Of a stretch of 42,601 bases of DNA, positions 26,260 through 32,834 are shown piece after piece. The stretch is from contig JAZDIV010000027.1 of assembly GCA_043804695.1 (NCBI GenBank), positions 1 through 42,601 on the forward strand. The letters are read 5' to 3'. Source of the stretch: PVC group bacterium. Its GTDB lineage: Bacteria > Auribacterota > Erginobacteria > Erginobacterales > Erginobacteraceae. Position numbers and translations under genes: made by a program. The stretch's first letter is position 1, and each line of letters begins with the position of its first letter. The notes beneath the pieces were generated by a model, which did no database searches, was not told the DNA's origin, and worked only from the letters and a program-made list of their open reading frames with translations.

Positions 26260-26497
26260 AGATTGCTTCTCCGCCTGAGGCGGATCGCAATGACTCGGAG
26301 GCCTCAGGAGATTGCTTCGGCCGGCGGCCTCGCAATGACCGGGAGGGCTTCGAAATAATTTTTGTCATTGCGAGGCCCGATTTATCGGGGCGAAGCAATC
26401 TCCTCTGAAGAGTACTGACCCGGAGAACTGATGAGATTGCTTCGGCCTCCGGCCTCGCAATGACCTGGAAAATGACGGCCTCCGGCCTCGCAATAAC
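26260..26497 (-). repeat. REP units downstream of the GIY-YIG gene
   Basis: Reverse units at 26260-26294 and 26309-26339, a forward unit at 26364-26401, a reverse unit at 26434-26464 and a partial unit at 26476-26497. Confidence 0.92.
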
Positions 26498-26509
26498 CGG
26501 GAGAACTAT

Positions 26510-28045
26510 ATGAGCGCGAATAAAACATCCGACAAGATCAAAACGCTCGACGAACTGGAAAAGATCATCGCCGGGCTGAAGAAAAAGGGCAAAAAGGTCG
26601 TCCTCTCCCACGGGGTCTTCGATCTCCTCCATCCCGGCCATATCAAGCATTTTGAAGCCGCCCGGCGGCTGGGGGATGTCCTGGTGGTAACCCTGACGGA
26701 AGACCGCTATGTCGGGAAAGGCCCCGGCCGCCCGGTCTTCAACCAGCGCCTCCGGGCGGAGACCCTGGCCGCGATCGAATCCGTCGATTACGTCGCCATC
26801 AATCAGTGGCCGACCGCGATCGAGACGCTGAAAAAGCTCAAGCCGGACGTCTATGCCAAGGGAAGCGACTACGCCGACCGGAGCCAGGACCTGACCGGGG
26901 AGATCTCCAACGAAGAAAAGGCGGTCCAGGAAGCCGGGGGGAGGATTCACTTCACCGACGAGATCTCCTTCAGCTCCACCGAGCTTCTCAATGTCCATTT
27001 CAGCGTCTATCACGAGGAAGCCGACCAGTTCCTCCGGGAGTTCCGGAAGAAGTACCGGGCCGACCGGATTATCAAGATGATGAAGGACCTGAAAAAGCTG
27101 AAAGTCCTGGTGGTCGGCGACCCGATCATCGACGAATACCATTACTGCCAGCCGATGGGGAAGGCCTGGAAGGAGACGGTCATCACCGCCCGCTACCTGG
27201 ACCGGGAGTCTTTCGCCGGAGGCGTCCTCGCCACCGCCAACCACATCGCGGGCTTCTGCGGGAAAGTCGATCTGGCGACCTGCCTGGGCCGGGAAAATAC
27301 CCAGGAAGAGTTCATCCGGAAGCGCCTGAAACCCAACATCACGCCGACTTTTTTCTATCGGGATGACGCCCCCACCGTCACCAAGCGCCGCTATGTCGAT
27401 CCCGCCTTTCTCTCCAAGATGTTCGAGGTCTGCTTTCTCAATACCCGGACACCGCCCCCTGAGGTCACCGAACAGGTATGCGATCACCTCGCTCGCGTCT
27501 GCCCCGGATACGACCTGGTCATCGCCTCCGACTTCGGCAACGGCTTCATCGACGAGGAGATCGTGAAGACGCTCTGCGGGAAATCCCGCTTCCTGGCCGT
27601 CAACACCCAGACCAACAGCGCCAACACCGGCTTCAACCTGATCACCAAGTACCCGAAGGCCGACTACGTCTGCATCGACGAGCCGGAGATTCGCCTGGCC
27701 CTGAGCGACAAATACGGGAGCCTGGAGGACATGATCCTCCGGATCGCCGACCGTCTGCGCTGCCGGCGGGTCACGGTCACCCGGGGTCACAACGGCTCGA
27801 TGGGATACGCCCCGGAGAGCGGGTTCGCCGAGGTCCCCGTTCTCTCCAAGGAGATCGTGGACCGGATCGGCGCCGGCGACGCCTACCTGGCGGTCACCTC
27901 CGCCTGCGGGGCGGCCGGTTACCCGATGGACATGGTCGGGTTCGTGGGCAACGCCGTCGGCGCCCTCGCCGTCCGGATCGTCTGCAACCGGGAGTCGGTG
28001 GAGCCGATCCCGCTCTACAAGTTCGTCACCGCTCTTTTAAGATAG
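26510..28045 (+). CDS. Bifunctional cytidylyltransferase-like nucleotidyltransferase and PfkB kinase (HldE/RfaE-like, reversed domain order)
   Basis: N-terminal HGVFDLLHPGH...KGPGRP. C-terminal VVGD.IIDEY and DRIGAGD. Confidence 0.88.
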   Translation: MSANKTSDKIKTLDELEKIIAGLKKKGKKVVLSHGVFDLLHPGHIKHFEAARRLGDVLVVTLTEDRYVGKGPGRPVFNQRLRAETLAAIESVDYVAINQWPTAIETLKKLKPDVYAKGSDYADRSQDLTGEISNEEKAVQEAGGRIHFTDEISFSSTELLNVHFSVYHEEADQFLREFRKKYRADRIIKMMKDLKKLKVLVVGDPIIDEYHYCQPMGKAWKETVITARYLDRESFAGGVLATANHIAGFCGKVDLATCLGRENTQEEFIRKRLKPNITPTFFYRDDAPTVTKRRYVDPAFLSKMFEVCFLNTRTPPPEVTEQVCDHLARVCPGYDLVIASDFGNGFIDEEIVKTLCGKSRFLAVNTQTNSANTGFNLITKYPKADYVCIDEPEIRLALSDKYGSLEDMILRIADRLRCRRVTVTRGHNGSMGYAPESGFAEVPVLSKEIVDRIGAGDAYLAVTSACGAAGYPMDMVGFVGNAVGALAVRIVCNRESVEPIPLYKFVTALLR

Positions 28046-28080
28046 TCTCTCCCCTTTCGGGGAGAGACTATTTTAAAAGA
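28033..28080. terminator. Long hairpin, probable intrinsic terminator, overlapping the stop codon
   Basis: TCTTTTAAGATAGTCTCTCCCC-TTTC-GGGGAGAGACTATTTTAAAAGA. Confidence 0.65.
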
Positions 28081-28088
28081 TTTGTACC

Positions 28089-29681
28089 GTGTCCGATGAT
28101 CAGGGAAGAATCTCCACTGTAGGGTACTGTATTATAAAAACCACCTTCAAACAAAAGATAGCCCTGATCGTGTTTGGTCTCTTTTTGGGGATTGTCCTCC
28201 TTGAGATCGGGCTCAGGATTGGAGGATTTATTTTTCTCTACCTCCAGGAAAGAGCCAATCTGGCGTCACTTACTCAAAGAGGGGAGTTTGTGATTATGTG
28301 CCTGGGAGAATCCACCACCGCATTAGGAGGAGATAATGCCTACCCCAGGCAACTGGAAAAAATCCTGAACGAGCGTAATACCGGAATCAAATTTTCCGTT
28401 ATTAATAAAGGAATTGTCGCCACCGACACCACTATCATAGCATCTCTCCTTGAAGAGAATCTCGATCACTATAAACCAGACATTGTCTTAACCATGATCG
28501 GGATCAATGATCGACAGAACAAACTGATTTTTGAAGATACTCTCTCGGCGAAGTTCAGCCGCTTCCTTAAAAATTTCCGTGTTTACAAACTGGCCCGATT
28601 GCTTCAGAAACACATCTCCCTGACACTTCAAAATTTCTTTTCAGAACCATCTGAGGCCAAAGAGTCGGAACTGAGCGAAGATAAGCCTGTTTGCGAATCT
28701 CCTGACGTCTCCGGTGAGACAGAGAAGCGCCTGCGGGGTTTAATCAGAGGGCATCCTGAAGATCCGATGCCGTATCTCGAACTTGGCGATCTGCTCATGA
28801 CAAGCAACCGGTTGGAGGAAGCTGAAGCCCTGTTCTTGAAAGTCGAAGCCATCGCGCCCGAGTTGATTGAGAACCGGTACGATGATCTGACATGCATCCA
28901 TTTTGATCAGGGCAATTTCCAACAATGTATGAGAATCGGTGAAAAAGCAATCACTTATAAAGAGGGAAAAATAAGTTCGATTGTTGGTGACCGATTAGCC
29001 AGAGCTTACCTGGACCATAATCCGGGAGAAGCCGAGAGAATCTGCCGGATGGTTCTGGCAAGTGATCCGCACAACGCCCCGGCCTGGTGTCACCTGGGGC
29101 ATTATTATTACGCCAGAGGAAACTGGGAAACCGCAGAACAGGCGTATCGGAAAGCGGTGGAAATAGAGCCGTCAAACATCGCGTTCACCCATTTGATGTT
29201 TGAATATTTTCGAAGGAGAGAGTTTGAGAAAGCGGAAGAACTGGGCCTTCATATTCTTTCAACGCAGCCGGATAACCTCCGAATGATCGGAGCGCTGGCA
29301 ACCTGTTATCAGCTCTGGGGCAAACATGATCTGGCAAATAAATATTATGACAAAATCGCTTTTCTGGAGAATCGTGCATATAATGCTCAGACCATTGATA
29401 ATTACCGCCAGATAAAAAAGATTCTCGATGAACGGGGAATTCCATTAGTTTGTGTCCAGTATCCGATGAGAAGCGTAGAACCATTAAAAAAAATTTTTAA
29501 CGATCAACAAGGTCCCATCTTTGTAGACAACGAGATAGCCTTTAAAAAAGCCATCCGAGGTGGAAGATATACTTATTATTTTACGGACAACTTCGGAGGA
29601 GACTTCGGCCACTGTACCCGAGCCGGGAACCGGCTCCTGGCAGAAAATATTGCCGATACTATTTTAAAAGATTATTTTTAA
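28089..29681 (+). CDS. Membrane-anchored SGNH/GDSL-like protein with inserted TPR repeats (start uncertain)
   Basis: N-terminal TM segment. CLGESTT, NKG, GIND and DFGHCT..GN..LA blocks flank a TPR-like helical region. Confidence 0.7.
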   Translation: MSDDQGRISTVGYCIIKTTFKQKIALIVFGLFLGIVLLEIGLRIGGFIFLYLQERANLASLTQRGEFVIMCLGESTTALGGDNAYPRQLEKILNERNTGIKFSVINKGIVATDTTIIASLLEENLDHYKPDIVLTMIGINDRQNKLIFEDTLSAKFSRFLKNFRVYKLARLLQKHISLTLQNFFSEPSEAKESELSEDKPVCESPDVSGETEKRLRGLIRGHPEDPMPYLELGDLLMTSNRLEEAEALFLKVEAIAPELIENRYDDLTCIHFDQGNFQQCMRIGEKAITYKEGKISSIVGDRLARAYLDHNPGEAERICRMVLASDPHNAPAWCHLGHYYYARGNWETAEQAYRKAVEIEPSNIAFTHLMFEYFRRREFEKAEELGLHILSTQPDNLRMIGALATCYQLWGKHDLANKYYDKIAFLENRAYNAQTIDNYRQIKKILDERGIPLVCVQYPMRSVEPLKKIFNDQQGPIFVDNEIAFKKAIRGGRYTYYFTDNFGGDFGHCTRAGNRLLAENIADTILKDYF

Positions 29682-29777
29682 TTTTAAACTGAAGAGTAAT
29701 CCACGCGATCTTATAGGGGAAGGAAAGACCCTTAAATAAAAATTGCAGGTAATTATCTGGTACTATCGGAAGGAGAA

Positions 29778-30371
29778 ATGATTATGGAAAAGTTCAGCGG
29801 AAAGGAAAAAATAGCGCTGGTGATCTTCGGGTTGATCCTGCTGGCCATCGTCATCCAGGTGGCGGTGAGGATCAATATCTTCAATCCGCCGGCGCCGCCG
29901 TGGAGAGTAGTCGAGGACGCGGAACTGGACCTGAGCGGCAATCTTCTTACTGAACCCGGGATCGTCCTCGACGCCTCGTCCCGCAACGAAGACAGCCAGG
30001 TGGTCGAGAAGCTGAAGGACGGGAAACCCAACACGTTCTGGCACGTGGCCCTCGACCGGCTCGGCGAACCGGCCTGGGTCACCATCGATTTCGGGGAAGG
30101 CAACAAAAAAACGGTCCGCGCGCTGATGGCCCAACCGCGGAATAATATCCCCCGTCAGTTCTTCCGCACCGCCGAGCTGCTCGGGAGCGACAACGGGGAG
30201 GATTGGGAACCGGTCGCCGGGATCGTCCAGTGGGGGACCCCGGACAATTCAAAATGGCGCCGGTGGGATTTCGCCAATGACCGCGCCTTCCGTTATTACA
30301 AATTATCCATCTCCGACGGCCATGAGGGCGGCAACTTCTATTCGATGGCGGAACTGGCGCTTTTCGAGTAG
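29778..30371 (+). CDS. Membrane-anchored F5/8 type C (discoidin/CBM32-like) domain protein
   Basis: N-terminal TM segment. L.DG.PNTFWH...WVTIDFG...GSDNGEDW...FRYYKL.I....MAEL.LF. Confidence 0.8.
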   Translation: MIMEKFSGKEKIALVIFGLILLAIVIQVAVRINIFNPPAPPWRVVEDAELDLSGNLLTEPGIVLDASSRNEDSQVVEKLKDGKPNTFWHVALDRLGEPAWVTIDFGEGNKKTVRALMAQPRNNIPRQFFRTAELLGSDNGEDWEPVAGIVQWGTPDNSKWRRWDFANDRAFRYYKLSISDGHEGGNFYSMAELALFE

Positions 30372-30476
30372 TCTTATTTTTTCTGCGAAAAAATAAGTAT
30401 GAGCAAGCATTGAAACAACATCAAATGTGTACTTTTATTAAATTTGTGGTAACACTTTAGTTTTTTGAAATTTTTT

Positions 30477-30536
30477 CTATTCACCATCGGGTATGAACAG
30501 CCGCGGTAAAGCCGAAGTATCTACGACAACAATCAT
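30477..30536 (-). pseudogene. Truncated VapC/PIN toxin remnant (19 codons)
   Basis: ATGA-coupled to the antitoxin stop. Reads MIVVVDTSALPRLFIPDGE*, a PIN-type N-terminus. Confidence 0.6.
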
Positions 30537-30766
30537 CGATTACGCTCCCGGCGGATATCACCCGTAATATCGCCCCAATCCCGATCTTGTAACCGGTCTC
30601 TCCAGTCCCGGGTCTTGAGCGCCGGCTTTTTCCAGACTAATTCCACTTCTCGTTCGAGAATGCATTTCACCTGCTCCTGCATACTTCGGTGATTCATTTT
30701 CGCCCACTTTTTAAGGGCAAAATAGAGATCGACAGGCACGCGGCGGATAGTTACTACGGGGAGCAT
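30533..30766 (-). CDS. FitA/Arc-like ribbon-helix-helix antitoxin
   Basis: VTIRRVPVDLYFALKKWAKMNHRSMQEQVKCILE resembles FitA/StbC RHH proteins. The upstream ORF extension is REP-derived. Confidence 0.7.
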   Translation of the reverse strand: MLPVVTIRRVPVDLYFALKKWAKMNHRSMQEQVKCILEREVELVWKKPALKTRDWRDRLQDRDWGDITGDIRRERNR

Positions 30767-30793
30767 AAAATAAAGCAACATTACGTGCAAACA

Positions 30794-30924
30794 GTCATTG
30801 CGAGGAGCCATTGCCCCGAAAGCCTTCGGGGCAATGAGCGACGAAGCAATCTCATTTGGAAGGAGTTGTATACTACGTTGAGAAAGGAGATTGCTTCTCC
30901 CGCTTCCAGCGGGATCGCAATGAC
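30794..30924. repeat. GTCATTGCGA-family REP dimer with a nested hairpin
   Basis: Forward unit 30794-30852 contains CATTGCCCCGAA/TTCGGGGCAATG. Reverse unit at 30888-30924. Confidence 0.85.
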
Positions 30925-31051
30925 ACTTCCAGAAATTATTTTGCAACTCGCACAAAATTGAAGAGAACCTGCAAACTAAAATATAGCCAGATTAGCATCT
31001 CCCGGTGTCAGCATTGATCACTGCCTCCGACATCGCGGAACCAGGCTCCTA

Positions 31052-31121
31052 TTGACAATCGGAAGGATTATGCTATAACCATTCTGTAAATAAAGTTAGG
31101 TTTAGTTATTTAGGAAATAAC
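31052..31121 (+). promoter_or_regulatory. sigma70 promoter plus an inverted repeat over the RBS of the abiE operon
   Basis: TTGACA-N16-TATAAC with a TGn extension. GTTATTT-AGG-AAATAAC palindrome at 31105-31121. Confidence 0.6.
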
Positions 31122-31123
31122 CT

Positions 31124-31924
31124 ATGGTATCTAAATATACATCGTTGATTTTAGGGCCTATCGAGACCGCTATGGTGGCTCGTTTAACGTACGAGAAAAA
31201 GACTATCGTAACGGTTGCGGATCTTGATCGCTTATTCAACCTCGCTCCTGAAAATAGAAAACAGGTTGTTTTTCGCCTTAAAAAGAAAAAGATTCTTTCG
31301 CCGATAAAGCGAGGCATCTACGCGTTTTCGCCTCTTGAAGCCGGTCCTGAAGGCACCGGGATTGATGAATTGCTCATCCCGCCGATTTTCTTCCCTGAGA
31401 AAATGTATTATATCGGTTATTCGACTATGTATAATTATTACGGTTTTACCGAACAGCTTTTCCAGACCGTATATGTCCTTAATACCACGATGCGGATGGA
31501 AAGGGTGATCTGTGGTTTGTCATACAAGTTCATGAAAATATCCGAAAAGCGGATCTACGGATTGGAAACCATCACAGTCAAAGACACGGCTGTGAAGGTC
31601 AGCTCGAAAGAGCGGACGCTGATAGATCTTCTCTATTTCAATAATCCTGTCGGCGGAATTGCCGGCGCTGTTGAGATATTCATCAAAATCGTAAAAAACC
31701 AGGAATGCGATGTAAAAAAGCTTACTGAATACGCGTCCCTTTTTCCGAATATTTCAGTCAGAAAGCGCATCGGTCTGCTTCTGGAAAGAATCGGTATTTC
31801 TGATGCTATTTTAAAACCGCTGGAAAAAAGCGTAGAAAAAACAGCGATCAGCTCGCTTGCCGGATCGCGCCGGGGGACATTAAATCGAAAATGGAGAGTC
31901 ATCGTTAATGATTCACGAGAATAA
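31124..31924 (+). CDS. abiEi: Type IV TA antitoxin, AbiEi-like transcriptional regulator
   Basis: N-terminal wHTH (L.KKK.L..IKRGIY). YIGY.....YYGFTEQ and SSKERTLIDL motifs. Overlaps the toxin gene. Confidence 0.8.
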   Translation: MVSKYTSLILGPIETAMVARLTYEKKTIVTVADLDRLFNLAPENRKQVVFRLKKKKILSPIKRGIYAFSPLEAGPEGTGIDELLIPPIFFPEKMYYIGYSTMYNYYGFTEQLFQTVYVLNTTMRMERVICGLSYKFMKISEKRIYGLETITVKDTAVKVSSKERTLIDLLYFNNPVGGIAGAVEIFIKIVKNQECDVKKLTEYASLFPNISVRKRIGLLLERIGISDAILKPLEKSVEKTAISSLAGSRRGTLNRKWRVIVNDSRE

Positions 31925-32789
31925 AGACCAATTCATCAAAACCCTGGAAAGAGCGTCAAAGAAAAAGGGGTTTATATTACCGGTAATAGAAAAAGACTAT
32001 TATTTGACGATGATTCTATCCCGGGTACATGAACTTTCCGAAGATATCATTTTCAAAGGGGGGTCATGTCTGAATAAAGTGTACTACTCATATTATCGTT
32101 TAAGTGAAGATCTTGATTTTAACATGATGCTTCCTCAATATGAAGCAACGCGTGGTCAACGACGTAAGTGCATCCAGCCGGTCAAGGATGGGATTGAGGA
32201 GTTCGTTAAGACATTTGGCATGAGGATCGACGACTCCAGTAATCCCGGACGGAATGAATCTAAACAGTATGTCTATTATTTTATCTATCAATCAGCATTG
32301 CGATCAGTTGAAACAAAAATCAAATTTGAAATTAGTTTAAGATTTAATCCGCTTGATCCAATAGAGAAGCGGCAGATTCAGCACGTCTTCCTGCATCCTT
32401 TTACTAATGAACCGCTTTTTGATGGCGGCAGAATCAATTGCCTGTCTTTAAATGAATTAATAGCTGAAAAATTGCGTGCCGGCGCCATCCGGAGAATGGT
32501 TGCACCGCGTGATTTCTATGACCTTGATTTTGTTCTTCGGAATGATTTTGATCTGGCAAACAAAGAAGTTATAAATCTGTTTAAAAAGAAGCTTAAAGAA
32601 GCCGGCGCGGATATGGATGCAGTCAACTATAAAGTGAATCTTGGTCGGTCGGATGAGGAAATTAAGGATATGCGTTCACGGATTGAGGCCGAATTAATTG
32701 ATGTCTTGAGCCCGGATGAACGGAAAAACTTTGATCTTGACGCGGCGCTTGATAGAATTAATAGAGTTATGACTACGGCAACACTTTAG
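31908..32789 (+). CDS. abiEii: Type IV TA toxin, AbiEii-like nucleotidyltransferase
   Basis: IEKDY, FKGGSCL.K.Y..YYRLSEDLDF, EKLRA and RDFYDL motifs. Confidence 0.9.
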   Translation: MIHENKDQFIKTLERASKKKGFILPVIEKDYYLTMILSRVHELSEDIIFKGGSCLNKVYYSYYRLSEDLDFNMMLPQYEATRGQRRKCIQPVKDGIEEFVKTFGMRIDDSSNPGRNESKQYVYYFIYQSALRSVETKIKFEISLRFNPLDPIEKRQIQHVFLHPFTNEPLFDGGRINCLSLNELIAEKLRAGAIRRMVAPRDFYDLDFVLRNDFDLANKEVINLFKKKLKEAGADMDAVNYKVNLGRSDEEIKDMRSRIEAELIDVLSPDERKNFDLDAALDRINRVMTTATL

Positions 32790-32834
32790 CCCTTTAGCCG
32801 GAATAATGCCTCCGGCATACCTAATCGAATTGCC

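Noticed and set aside
25805..26497. CRISPR array next to a small nuclease
   Set aside because: The linkers are identical 15-mers while the repeat interiors vary, orientation flips across the gene, and there are no cas genes. This is REP-like, not CRISPR.
26210..27790. 526-aa minus-strand ORF
   Set aside because: Antisense to the HldE-like gene, and its tail is translated REP sequence.
30767..30955. N-terminal extension of the 140-aa ORF (likewise 25905-25967 and 19943-20020)
   Set aside because: The extensions run through repeat DNA, and family similarity begins at downstream ATGs.
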